This document shows positions 1 through 9,038 of a DNA stretch of 58,758 nt, in pieces. Position 1 is the first letter of the stretch. Every line of letters begins with the position of its first letter. Source of the DNA: Flavobacterium sp. GTDB lineage: Bacteria > Bacteroidota > Bacteroidia > Flavobacteriales > Flavobacteriaceae. The position numbers were made by a program, and so were the translations under genes. Location of the stretch: positions 1 through 58,758 of the forward strand of contig DATGOD010000078.1 of the NCBI GenBank assembly GCA_035306305.1, in the 5' to 3' direction. Under the pieces are notes generated by a model. It was not told where the DNA came from and ran no database searches. It saw nothing but the letters and a program-made list of their open reading frames with translations.

Positions 1-140
1 CATAGATCTATAGGAAACTTTTTTACAAACCTTATTTCGGGGCTAATTGCTTATTCATTTTTTCCTAAAAAACCTTCAATACAATATAATGAGCTAAAAA
101 CAAATCAGTTAGCAATATTCTGATTAATCGAACTCAGGTT
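1..140 (+). mobile_element. IS982-family insertion sequence, 3' end (transposase C-terminus 1..123 plus right terminal inverted repeat)
   Basis: Frame +1 reads HRSIGNFFTNLISGLIAYSFFPKKPSIQYNELKTNQLAIF* (TGA 121-123), matching the HRS..NF..NL..GLIAY...KKPS end of IS982 transposases; followed by TCGAACTCAGGTT, resembling IS982 ends. Truncated by the window edge. Confidence 0.8.
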
Positions 141-562
141 ACTATTACCATTATGCGACGTCCTGTGGGACAAGATTCCGTGCAAGAGGAGATAAAATAT
201 TTGCAAGACAGTTAAAGACTCTTGTTTTCCAGCAGGGAATGGATGAAGTTTTAGTGGAAAGTATGATAGAGGACTTTAAGGATAAGACCAGACAGCAGAA
301 TCGGAATCGTAACCGCATCCTAACGGAAATGCAGGAACGCAGTACCCGTTTTAAGAAAGCCCTTATCGTTTGACAAACAGTATGTTGAGGGAACTATGGA
401 AGAGACAGATAATCGGTTTGATGTTCCCTGAAAATCTGCAATTTGACGGTACACAACATCGAACTGGTTAATACTATCGTTTTGCTTATTGACCAGAAAA
501 TGATTAAAATACAGGATAAAAAATGAGACAAGCCTATCTTTTTTAGACTTGTCACCAAGAAG
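140..562 (+). pseudogene. Decayed large serine recombinase (integrase), C-terminal fragment
   Basis: 140..373 reads YYYHYATSCGTRFRA (zinc-ribbon-like) then a coiled coil; after frameshifts KQYVEGTMEE / RQIIGLMFPENLQFDGTQHRTG* / NETSLSFLDLS, like the C-termini of Bacteroidota tRNA-targeting recombinases. Several stops and frameshifts. Confidence 0.7.
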
Positions 563-635
563 TGACCCGGCTGGGGTTCGAACCCAGGACCCCAACATTA
601 AAAGTGTTGTGCTCTACCAGCTGAGCTACCGAGTC
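563..635 (-). tRNA. tRNA-Lys (anticodon TTT)
   Basis: Reverse complement GACTCGGTAGCTCAGCTGGTAGAGCACAACACTTTTAATGTTGGGGTCCTGGGTTCGAACCCCAGCCGGGTCA folds as a cloverleaf; loop CTTTTAA; CCA not encoded. Confidence 0.97.
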
Positions 636-665
636 TGTAATAATTAACTGCAATAAAAAACTTTG

Positions 666-738
666 TGACCCGACTGGGGCTCGAACCCAGGACCCCAACA
701 TTAAAAGTGTTGTGCTCTACCAACTGAGCTATCGAGTC
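666..738 (-). tRNA. tRNA-Lys (anticodon TTT), second tandem copy
   Basis: Near-identical 73-nt cloverleaf with a few substitutions relative to 563..635. Confidence 0.97.
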
Positions 739-754
739 TTGCAACTTGCGGGTG

Positions 755-762
755 CAAATATA
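755..762 (-). promoter_or_regulatory. Bacteroidota sigma-A -7 element (TATATTTG) for the tRNA pair
   Basis: CAAATATA on + strand, 17 nt upstream of the tRNA 5' end; matches TAnnTTTG. Confidence 0.75.
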
Positions 763-850
763 GTGGACTTTTTTGTAAATGCAATGGATTTTTTAATTAA
801 TTTCGAAGCTTTATTCGCTTTGATATTTTAACGCTTTAACAAACAAACAA

Positions 851-1366
851 TTGGACAGAAAAAAAATTTTATTAGTAGGTTATATGGCAAGCGGAAAATC
901 GACCGTTGGAAAGGTTTTAGCCAATGAATTAGGTATTGAATATCTCGATTTAGACAAGCTCATTGAGCAAAAAAACGACAAAACAGTGCCAGAAATTTTT
1001 GCAGAAGATGGCGAAATATTTTTCCGTAAACAGGAATATCAATTGCTTCATGAGTGGATACAAAAGCCCGAATCGTTTGTGTTGAGTTTGGGCGGAGGAA
1101 CGCCTTGTTATGCCAATAATCATTTGGTTTTTGAACAAGAAGATGTTTTGTCGGTTTATTTAAAAGCAAAAGTTAGCACATTGGTCGATAGGATAGAAGC
1201 CGATGGAGATAATCGTCCTTTGTTGAGTAATATTAGTGATATCAAAAGCTATGTTGGTCAGCATGTATTAGAGCGTTCGTATTATTACAATCAAGCACAA
1301 TTTGCTATAAATATTGACGATAAATCGGTGGAAGAAATCGTGAATGAAATCAAATCGTTATTGTAG
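851..1366 (+). CDS. aroK: Shikimate kinase
   Basis: Walker A GYMASGKST, DLD, GEIFFRKQE, SLGGG and RPLL motifs; TTG start. Confidence 0.93.
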   Translation: MDRKKILLVGYMASGKSTVGKVLANELGIEYLDLDKLIEQKNDKTVPEIFAEDGEIFFRKQEYQLLHEWIQKPESFVLSLGGGTPCYANNHLVFEQEDVLSVYLKAKVSTLVDRIEADGDNRPLLSNISDIKSYVGQHVLERSYYYNQAQFAINIDDKSVEEIVNEIKSLL

Positions 1367-1373
1367 TAAACTT

Positions 1374-1414
1374 AAAAAAGCTGATTGAAAAATGTTTCAA
1401 TCAGCTTTTTTTTT
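1374..1414. terminator. Bidirectional intrinsic terminator (aroK / ferritin)
   Basis: AAAAAAGCTGATTGAAA-AATG-TTTCAATCAGCTTTTTTTTT between convergent genes. Confidence 0.85.
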
Positions 1415-1434
1415 AGCTATTTAGTAACTGCTGC

Positions 1435-1944
1435 TTATGCCAATTCAGGACTTTTTGTCGGGAATTTCTTCATATCATTATCAAACAAATACAAACCGCC
1501 TTTGTCGTCGCCAATCAAGTTGATTTTATCTAAAATCGTTCTGGCAGTAGATTCTTCTTCGATTTGTTCAGACACGTACCATTGAAGGAAATTGTGTGTC
1601 GCATAATCTTTTTCTTCCAAAGAAATATGTACTAATTCATTGATGCTTTTTGATACAAAAACCTCGTGTTCAAATAATTGTGTGAATAAAGTTTTAAATG
1701 AAGTATGATCCAATTCTGGCTGAGTAACTTCTGGGATAACGGCTTCGCCGCCTCGTTGGTTGATATATTTTATCAATTTGAGCATGTGCATACGCTCTTC
1801 ATCTGACTGTGCATACATAAAAGTTGCGATACCTTCAAATCCTTGATTTTCGGCCCATGAAGCCATGGATAGATATATTTGCGACGAATCTCCTTCGATT
1901 TTCACTTGTTGGTTTAATGCCTTTTCTAAATTTTTCGATAACAT
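1435..1944 (-). CDS. ftnA: Non-heme ferritin
   Basis: LNQQVKIEGDSSQIYLSM, EERMHMLK and NFLQWYVSEQIEEE ferroxidase motifs. Confidence 0.92.
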   Translation of the reverse strand: MLSKNLEKALNQQVKIEGDSSQIYLSMASWAENQGFEGIATFMYAQSDEERMHMLKLIKYINQRGGEAVIPEVTQPELDHTSFKTLFTQLFEHEVFVSKSINELVHISLEEKDYATHNFLQWYVSEQIEEESTARTILDKINLIGDDKGGLYLFDNDMKKFPTKSPELA

Positions 1945-1946
1945 AA

Positions 1947-2831
1947 TTATTTATTTTTAAATTGATGAATAAATTGTTGGATACGCTCAGACAAATCAGT
2001 ATTCACGCTAACTAATGGCAAACGAACTGTGTTTTCGCAAAGTCCCAAATGTTTGAAAACTTCTTTGATTCCGGCCGGATTTCCTTGTTCAAAAATCATA
2101 TTGGTGATGTCCATCAAACTGTAGTGTATCGAATAAGCTTCATCGACTTTTCGTGCCAATCCGAGTTTGACCATATTAGAAAATTCTTCAGGAAATCCTT
2201 CGCCAATCACAGATATTACACCTGCTCCACCGGCCAAAACCATCGGAAGTGTAATCATATCATCGCCCGAAATAACCAAAAACTCTTTTGGTTTGTTTTT
2301 GATGATTTCCATCGCTTGAACAATATCGCCTGCTGCTTCTTTGATTCCGATAATATTAGCAAAATCACGAGCAAGTCGTAATACCGTTTTCGGCAAAATA
2401 TTACTCGATGTACGTCCTGGAACATTGTATAAAATAATCGGAAGCGGAGATTTTTCTGCCAACATTTTGTAATGCTGATAAATACCTTCTTGCGTTGGTT
2501 TGTTATAATAAGGCGAAACAGATAATATGGCGTCAAATTTAGACAAATCTGTAGATTTTAACTGTTCAACCACCGCTGCTGTATTGTTTCCGCCAATACC
2601 CAAAACCAAAGGAAGTCTGCCGTTGTTGGTTGATATAATGGTTTGTTTAACCAATTCTTTTTCTTCCGCACTAAGCGTTGCGGCTTCTCCGGTTGTTCCT
2701 AAAACTACCAAATAATCAATGCCAGAAGAAATATTGTATTCTACGATTCTTTTTAATGCTTCAACATCAACAGAATAATCACTTTTGAAAGGTGTAATTA
2801 GGGCGACACCAGTTCCTACAAATTGTTGCAT
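1947..2831 (-). CDS. dapA: 4-hydroxy-tetrahydrodipicolinate synthase
   Basis: [25 protein letters not shown] and IGIKEA motifs; ATG at 2831 preferred over TTG at 2837. Confidence 0.96.
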   Translation of the reverse strand: MQQFVGTGVALITPFKSDYSVDVEALKRIVEYNISSGIDYLVVLGTTGEAATLSAEEKELVKQTIISTNNGRLPLVLGIGGNNTAAVVEQLKSTDLSKFDAILSVSPYYNKPTQEGIYQHYKMLAEKSPLPIILYNVPGRTSSNILPKTVLRLARDFANIIGIKEAAGDIVQAMEIIKNKPKEFLVISGDDMITLPMVLAGGAGVISVIGEGFPEEFSNMVKLGLARKVDEAYSIHYSLMDITNMIFEQGNPAGIKEVFKHLGLCENTVRLPLVSVNTDLSERIQQFIHQFKNK

Positions 2832-2931
2832 GGACAAAATGTTTAAATTAAATTAATATTCTAATTCGACGAAATAAACGGTTTTAGCCGTACTTTTGTT
2901 TCAAACAAAGATATTAATAATTATAAGTCGT

Positions 2932-3714
2932 ATGCTTAATAAATCATTAAAATCATGCGTTTTGGGGTTATTTTTTCTCAGTCTAATTTCGTTTACTGCA
3001 TGTAAATCGGCTGAAGAAAAAACAAATACTTCTTATGTAACGTATGACAATGCGATTATTGATTCGTCTGCAGAGCAAGATACTATTGTTCGCAATTTTA
3101 TTATTCCATACAAGAACCATGTGGACGAAGAAATGAGTAAAATTTTGTCTTATGCACCAGAAACGATGGACAAATCGCAAGGTGTTTGGGAAACAACCAT
3201 TGGCAATCTTTTGGCAGAATCGGCGATGGAAATGGTCGAGCCGGTGTTTTTTCAACGAACCGGAAAACACATCGATGCCTGTATGTTCAATCACGGTGGT
3301 ATTCGAACGATAATTCCACAAGGAAATGTTTCAACCAGAACGGCTTATGAAGTAATGCCTTTTGAAAATGAAGCAGTTGTATTGAAACTGACGGCCAATG
3401 AAATCAACGAGTTGGCACAATATATGATTAGCAAAAAAATTCCGCATCCATTATCGAATATAACGATAGAAATTGATGAAAATGAAGCTATTCAACAAGT
3501 GAAAATCAATGGCAAAGCGTTAGAAGAAAACCGTTTTTATTATATCCTGACCAGTGATTATTTGGCGAATGGCGGTGACGAAATGTATTTTTTTGGCAAA
3601 GCACAAGAGCGTATGGAGATGAACTATAAGTTGCGAAATACATTGATTGATTATTTCACCAAACACGATACTTTGCCTGTAATAAAAACCCCAAGAGTAA
3701 TTATCTATCCATGA
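2932..3714 (+). CDS. 5'-nucleotidase C-terminal (substrate-binding) domain lipoprotein
   Basis: ETTIGNL, NHGGIR, VMPFEN and TSDYLANGGD motifs; lipobox FTAC after ATG 2932. The TTG at 2896 lies inside the promoter. Confidence 0.85.
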   Translation: MLNKSLKSCVLGLFFLSLISFTACKSAEEKTNTSYVTYDNAIIDSSAEQDTIVRNFIIPYKNHVDEEMSKILSYAPETMDKSQGVWETTIGNLLAESAMEMVEPVFFQRTGKHIDACMFNHGGIRTIIPQGNVSTRTAYEVMPFENEAVVLKLTANEINELAQYMISKKIPHPLSNITIEIDENEAIQQVKINGKALEENRFYYILTSDYLANGGDEMYFFGKAQERMEMNYKLRNTLIDYFTKHDTLPVIKTPRVIIYP

Positions 3715-4625
3715 AAAGAAGAGAATTTATAGTGAAATCGGCTTCGGTAGGAACTTTTGTGAGTTTGTTTGGACCGCAATTGCTTGATTTCAGCCTGACA
3801 AAACATAAGAAAATTACTATTTTGCATACGAACGATACGCACAGTCATATCGACCCGTTTGAGGCTTCTCATCCTCAATTTCCTAATCAAGGAGGTGCTG
3901 CTCGTCGTGCCAAAATGATTGATGATATTCGTCAAGAAAACCCGAATATGTTGTTGCTCGATGCTGGAGATATGTTTCAAGGAACGCCTTATTTTAACTT
4001 TTATGGTGGCGAATTGGAAATCAAGTTGATGAATATGCTTAAATATGACGCGTCGGCTATCGGCAATCACGAGTTTGATAATGGGGTGGAAAGCATGGCA
4101 GAGCAATTACAAAAAGCGAATTTTGATATTTTGTTGGCGAATTATGATTTTTCCAAAACCGCTATGGGCGGCATTGCCAAACCTTATAAAATTTTCACGG
4201 TTGATGGTGTAAAAATTGGTGTGTTTGGTTTAGGTATCGAATTGCAAGGGTTGGTAAATAAACGAGAATATGGCGAAACGGAATATCTTTCTCCGATAGA
4301 AATCACGCAGGATATGGTGCGGATTCTCAAAAAGGAGGAAAAATGTGATTTAGTGATTTGCCTTTCACATTTGGGATACCAATACAATTCGTCTAAAATA
4401 AGCGATGTGCTTTTAGCTCAACAAACCCAAGATATAGATTTGATTATCGGTGGTCATACGCATACCTTTTTAGACAAACCGCAGGTGTTTAAAAACAAAA
4501 TCGGGAAAGATGTGATTGTGAATCAAGTGGGGTGTTTTGGTTTGCGTTTAGGTAGAATTGATTTTTATTTTGAAGACAATAAACAACTCGAAAGTAATAA
4601 TAGTAACAATATGAAAGTAGAGTAG
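3711..4625 (+). CDS. 5'-nucleotidase / UDP-sugar hydrolase metallophosphoesterase domain, twin-arginine signal
   Basis: LHTNDTHSH, DAGD, GNHEFD, LSHLG and GGHTH motifs; N-terminal KRREFI. Confidence 0.9.
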   Translation: MKRREFIVKSASVGTFVSLFGPQLLDFSLTKHKKITILHTNDTHSHIDPFEASHPQFPNQGGAARRAKMIDDIRQENPNMLLLDAGDMFQGTPYFNFYGGELEIKLMNMLKYDASAIGNHEFDNGVESMAEQLQKANFDILLANYDFSKTAMGGIAKPYKIFTVDGVKIGVFGLGIELQGLVNKREYGETEYLSPIEITQDMVRILKKEEKCDLVICLSHLGYQYNSSKISDVLLAQQTQDIDLIIGGHTHTFLDKPQVFKNKIGKDVIVNQVGCFGLRLGRIDFYFEDNKQLESNNSNNMKVE

Positions 4626-4646
4626 GAGAGAGCAACGATAAAAATT

Positions 4647-4685
4647 AAAAAGTCTGTCAAAATCAAATTCTGACAGACTTTTTTT
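4647..4685. terminator. Bidirectional intrinsic terminator
   Basis: AAAAAGTCTGTCA...TGACAGACTTTTTTT between convergent operons. Confidence 0.8.
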
Positions 4686-4733
4686 ATAACCAATTGAAAA
4701 TGTAATTACGCTAAAATAAGCAGGCTGAAAAAA

Positions 4734-4970
4734 TTATTCTTCGCGGTTATTTTTTATGATTCTAAAAAATCGGATGGCGGCGTAAACAAGTAGAATTACG
4801 CCAAATATTACTCGGTTTTTGTACGGAATGGTAACGGGCATTTCTTTCCAAACAATAAAGCCAACACCCAAAACCACATACAGTAACAGAAATATAATTC
4901 CGATAAAGAACAAAAACCGCCTTATGAGCGATTTTTGTTTTTCGTTGTTATTGTACTGATTGTTACGCAT
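4734..4970 (-). CDS. Small two-TM membrane protein coupled to tonB
   Basis: ATG overlaps the tonB stop (TAATG at 4968-4972); two hydrophobic helices. Confidence 0.7.
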   Translation of the reverse strand: MRNNQYNNNEKQKSLIRRFLFFIGIIFLLLYVVLGVGFIVWKEMPVTIPYKNRVIFGVILLVYAAIRFFRIIKNNREE

Positions 4971-5851
4971 TAGTTTACAGCAAGTACAATTGGCCAAGTA
5001 AAGCTTGAGCGTACCACTTTTCCACCTTGTTTAGCAGGGTTCCACTTAGGCATTGATTTCAATACACGGATAGCTTCGTCGCCAACTCCGTATTTGTTAT
5101 CCAATGCTTTGATATCAGTCAATGAACCATCTTTTTCTACTGTAAATCTCAACTTAATTGTAACCTTTTTGATATTTGAAGGAATATTAGGAGTATTAAA
5201 TTTACGCATAAAATCTCTACGGAAACGTTCCATGCCGTTGGCTGGTGTAGCTTTTTGCTGTACAAAGCGGTAAACTTTGTTATCACTAGCTTGATCGCCA
5301 GTACCCAATCCTTCTGAGGCTTCTTCTGCTTTACCAGTTTGTTTACCGTCAGATTTCAAAGCACCTTTGTCTTTGTCTCCTTCGCTGTCTTCACGTCCAG
5401 AAGTTGTGTCATCGTCAAAGTCTTCTTGAGCTGTTTTTTGCTCTTTACTTTTATCAACCTCTTCGTCTTTTTTTACATCCATTTCGGTGAATTGCTTTTC
5501 ATCCTGTACGTTTTTCTGAGCGTCTGCAGGTTCTGGCTCTGGCTCTGGTTCCGGTTCCGGCTCTGGTTCCGGTTCCGGTTCTATTTCAGGTTCTGCTTCT
5601 ATTTCAGGAAGTTCTATCAATTTTGCTTCGATTTCCTTATCATCATGTTGTTTTGGAAATAAAACAGCTCCATATTGGTCATAAATTACTTTACTACCAA
5701 ATGCCAAAGTCATGAAGAAAACTCCTAATATCAACGCCAACAAAGTGTTTTTACCACTTTTTTTGCGCAAGTCATAGGCACCGTACTTCTTGTTTCGACC
5801 TTTGAATATTAAATCCGTCCAGTCTTTTCCGAAAATGTTCATATTAGCCAT
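4970..5851 (-). CDS. tonB: Energy transducer TonB
   Basis: IFKGRNKKYGAYDLRK N-terminus, TM helix, (EP)n linker, C-terminal FTVEKDGSL...WNPAKQGGKVVRS domain. Confidence 0.92.
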   Translation of the reverse strand: MANMNIFGKDWTDLIFKGRNKKYGAYDLRKKSGKNTLLALILGVFFMTLAFGSKVIYDQYGAVLFPKQHDDKEIEAKLIELPEIEAEPEIEPEPEPEPEPEPEPEPEPADAQKNVQDEKQFTEMDVKKDEEVDKSKEQKTAQEDFDDDTTSGREDSEGDKDKGALKSDGKQTGKAEEASEGLGTGDQASDNKVYRFVQQKATPANGMERFRRDFMRKFNTPNIPSNIKKVTIKLRFTVEKDGSLTDIKALDNKYGVGDEAIRVLKSMPKWNPAKQGGKVVRSSFTWPIVLAVN

Positions 5852-5875
5852 TTCGTTTGTGTTTTAGTGCAGTTT

Positions 5876-6409
5876 TTACTGCATGATTTCTGTTTCTTGT
5901 TCAGTAATATCGTTTATCGCATATACTTTAACATCTGTGATAGCCATTTCGTCAAGGATATCAATCATGTTGGTATATGTAGCATCATCTGTCGCTTTGA
6001 TTAAAACAATCAAGCCTTCGTTATCTACTTTGCCTTGTGCTTCGAGCTCAGCCTTTTTTTGTAGAATAATTTGTCTGATTCCGTCCTTACCATACGTGGT
6101 ATTCGTAGGTTCTTCACTTTCTTCTAGCAACCCCATATAATATTTTATCATATTGTCCTTACCCAATAGCACAGTCATAGTTCTAGACTCCGGAGCTTGT
6201 TGCCTCATCTCATCAGGAACGTCTTGTTTGTCGGGCATCGTTAATTTCATGGACTGTGGTTTTGCCAACGAGGTGGTAAGCATAAAGAAAGTAATCAATA
6301 AGAATGCCAAATCTACCATGGCGGTCAAATCTACGCCGGTATTTTGTTTTTTACTTCTTACTTTTTTGCCTTTGCCTCCTTCGTTTGAGCCTGTATTTAA
6401 TTCTGCCAT
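5876..6409 (-). CDS. exbD: Biopolymer transporter ExbD/TolR
   Basis: VDLTAMVDLAFLLITFFMLTT TM motif; DILDEM. Confidence 0.92.
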   Translation of the reverse strand: MAELNTGSNEGGKGKKVRSKKQNTGVDLTAMVDLAFLLITFFMLTTSLAKPQSMKLTMPDKQDVPDEMRQQAPESRTMTVLLGKDNMIKYYMGLLEESEEPTNTTYGKDGIRQIILQKKAELEAQGKVDNEGLIVLIKATDDATYTNMIDILDEMAITDVKVYAINDITEQETEIMQ

Positions 6410-6428
6410 TTTTCTTACTTTTTAGCGA

Positions 6429-7046
6429 TTAAAAATCATCATCTCTTAATCCGGTTACCAAATAAAATTGGTTTTGTCTTTGCTTTTGCAAAATGTCAAT
6501 CACCTCTTTTATGGTTCCAAAACTTTCTTCTTTATCTCCTTTAATAGCTACTTTCAAGATGCTTTCTTTTCTTTGCCAAGAAGATTCACGTGCGTTTTTT
6601 ACCCACGATGATAATTGGTTGTTTAATGAATCTTTAAAAGGAATACCAGTTGGGTGGTTTTCCGGATTCATCAATTCAGACGAAGGTTTTGCTAAAAGTT
6701 GCTTGAGGTTTCGGATATCTAACCCGAAGTTTTCCATTCCGGCAAATTTATTTAGCTCTTCTTCAGTAAAAGAGATATTGTATTCTTCTCCCATTCGGGT
6801 AAGGATATCTTTTTTGTCCTGTCTGCCTGCAATACCAAAATATATTTTTTCGTTATCTACAGAAATCGTTACGATATCATCAGAAGGAATTTTGGTTTCT
6901 TTTGTTGAGTCAGGCAAATCTACCGGATGTACTTCCGGTACTTTTGCCGTAGAAGTCAAAACGAAGAAAGTAAGTAACAAGAACGACACATCGCACATGG
7001 CGGTCATATCAATTCTTGTACTGGATTTTTTCATTTTTTTTGCCAT
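6429..7046 (-). CDS. exbD: Biopolymer transporter ExbD/TolR
   Basis: IDMTAMCDVSFLLLTFFVLT; IKGD motif. Confidence 0.92.
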   Translation of the reverse strand: MAKKMKKSSTRIDMTAMCDVSFLLLTFFVLTSTAKVPEVHPVDLPDSTKETKIPSDDIVTISVDNEKIYFGIAGRQDKKDILTRMGEEYNISFTEEELNKFAGMENFGLDIRNLKQLLAKPSSELMNPENHPTGIPFKDSLNNQLSSWVKNARESSWQRKESILKVAIKGDKEESFGTIKEVIDILQKQRQNQFYLVTGLRDDDF

Positions 7047-7114
7047 AATCTTTTTTGTTTACCCGATTTGTCGGGGTTTGGTTAATACTCTGTTCTTACG
7101 ATTATTCGGAAAAA

Positions 7115-7945
7115 TTAGTTTCCGAATTTTCTTTTGTAAGCTTGAGTAATGGCGAAACCTGCTTCGTCGATGAAGTGTGTTAATTTGTCAATTTTCGTAG
7201 TGAAAATGTTGTAAAACACAATTGCCAAAGTAGATGTCAAGATACCTGTTGCTGTATTCATCAAAGCTTCAGAAATACCGTTTGCCAACTCAGTTGAATC
7301 TGGAGAACCGGCTGTTGCCAACGCCGAAAACGCTTTAATCATCCCGGTTACTGTACCTAACAAACCAACTAATGTACCGATAGATACTAACGTTGCTAAA
7401 ATAATCATGTTTTTCTCCAACATCGGCATTTCTAATACGGTTGCTTCTTCGATATCTTTATGGATAGCCTCAATAGCTTCTGTGGTATTTACGTTTTCGT
7501 TTTGTACGTTTTGATATTTAACAAGTGCTGCTCTTACCACATTGGCTACAGAACCTTTTTGTGAATCACATAAGTCGATAGCTTCGTTGATTTGGTTTGA
7601 ACTTACTAAACTTTCGATTTCTGCTACAAATTTTTGGTTGTTACCTTTACCAGATGCTTTGTTGATTACAACAAGTCTTTCGATACCAAACACGATTACC
7701 ATAGTCAATAATCCAATCAAGGCAGCGATAACGATACCACCTTTGTACATCATTCCTAACAAGTTTCCGTCTATTGGATCACCGTCTGGATTACCGTTTT
7801 GAAAGTTACCTGAGTTTCCTAAAACAAACTCCCAAATAAGATATCCTACTACTAAACATGCTACAATAGCTACACCAGCCATTACGTTTGAAAATCCAGA
7901 ACCTGATTTTTTGTTCTCTACTGCTTCGTTAGATACGTTTGTCAT
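7115..7945 (-). CDS. exbB: MotA/TolQ/ExbB proton channel
   Basis: GTLVGLLGTVTGMIKAF and LANGISEALMNTATG motifs. Confidence 0.93.
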   Translation of the reverse strand: MTNVSNEAVENKKSGSGFSNVMAGVAIVACLVVGYLIWEFVLGNSGNFQNGNPDGDPIDGNLLGMMYKGGIVIAALIGLLTMVIVFGIERLVVINKASGKGNNQKFVAEIESLVSSNQINEAIDLCDSQKGSVANVVRAALVKYQNVQNENVNTTEAIEAIHKDIEEATVLEMPMLEKNMIILATLVSIGTLVGLLGTVTGMIKAFSALATAGSPDSTELANGISEALMNTATGILTSTLAIVFYNIFTTKIDKLTHFIDEAGFAITQAYKRKFGN

Positions 7946-8002
7946 TTTTTTTTTTAATTTAAATTTTAATGTTTACTTAATTACTTTTTGAATTCGCGAA
8001 AG

Positions 8003-8010
8003 CAAATTTA
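8003..8010 (-). promoter_or_regulatory. -7 element (TAAATTTG) for the exbB operon
   Basis: CAAATTTA on + strand about 60 nt upstream of the exbB ATG. Confidence 0.6.
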
Positions 8011-8187
8011 GTGGTTTCATCCAATAAAAAAAATTTTTTTTTCTTTCACAGCCCACGAAGATATAAAATTAATATAGCATAAACTTTATTTTTACATTTA
8101 TTTTACATCTTATAACACTGTATTAATACAACGTAAAGTTTATGCATTTTATTGTGCGATAAGAAAAAATATCATTTACAATTTTAA

Positions 8188-8928
8188 TTATTTCTTGTTT
8201 TGCGTGTTTACTAAAACAGAAGTTACTATATATAATAGTATAATTACCGGAATGGCTTCAAATCGTATCAATAGCAACAATAATGCTGATATGCCCAAGA
8301 ACAGCAAGCCAACTTTGTTGTCTTTCAAAGTTTTGTTTTTCGTTTTCAAAGAAAATAATCGAATATTAGCATTCATAATGAAAGCACTAAACAAGCTGAT
8401 ACCTAATAATACGTAAGGATTACTCAGCCAATCAATCAATATTTCTTTGTCGGTGGTGAGCGTAATCATCGGGATACTCAAAATAAATAAGGCATTTGCC
8501 GGTGTAGGCAATCCGATAAAACAATCTGTTTGGCGAGTATCCACGTTGAATTTTGCTAAACGCATGGCAGAACCTAATGTGATAAGAAAACCAAAGTAAG
8601 GTAAAATTCCCATATAATTGGCTTCGGCAGAAAGGTTGTGCATCTCTGGGTTGTTTTGTTGGATCTCGGCAATCATTTTGTACATTACCAATCCCGGAAC
8701 AACGCCTGAAGTTACCATGTCGGCCAATGAATCTAATTGTAAACCAACTTCACTCGAAACTTTTAATACACGGGCAGCAAAGCCATCCCAAAAATCAAAA
8801 AAGATTCCCATACAAACCCAAAAGAATGCCATTTCGAGATTGTCGTTAAAAACATAAACCAAGGCAATTACTCCGGATAGCAAATTTAATAAAGTGATAG
8901 CATTCGGAATGTGTTGTTTTAGTCGCAT
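8188..8928 (-). CDS. pssA: CDP-diacylglycerol--serine O-phosphatidyltransferase
   Basis: PNAITLLNL, DFWDGFAAR...GLQLDSLADMV CDP-alcohol motif, RLAKFN, FIGLPTPA. Confidence 0.88.
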   Translation of the reverse strand: MRLKQHIPNAITLLNLLSGVIALVYVFNDNLEMAFFWVCMGIFFDFWDGFAARVLKVSSEVGLQLDSLADMVTSGVVPGLVMYKMIAEIQQNNPEMHNLSAEANYMGILPYFGFLITLGSAMRLAKFNVDTRQTDCFIGLPTPANALFILSIPMITLTTDKEILIDWLSNPYVLLGISLFSAFIMNANIRLFSLKTKNKTLKDNKVGLLFLGISALLLLLIRFEAIPVIILLYIVTSVLVNTQNKK

Positions 8929-9038
8929 ATAAACTGTGTTTAAAAAATAATATTATGTGTTCATACAAATGTACGCAATAAGTTAGATAAAAAATGAGTT
9001 TACTAATTAAGAATTTTATCTTTGTAAAAAAATAACCA

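Noticed and set aside
320-598. 92-aa ORF on the - strand
   Set aside because: Starts inside the tRNA and is antisense to the recombinase relic; no recognisable protein features.
563-738. Two 73-bp direct repeats as a possible CRISPR array or att duplication
   Set aside because: Both are full-length tRNA-Lys genes downstream of one promoter.
5531-5592. GGTTCC/GGCTCT hexamer repeat as a contingency locus
   Set aside because: Encodes the ordinary in-frame (EP)n linker of TonB.
6493-7149. Long antisense ORFs (218 aa here; also 12362-12859, 24866-25255, 31577-32074, 33342-33749)
   Set aside because: Shadow frames of well-supported genes on the opposite strand, with no motifs of their own.
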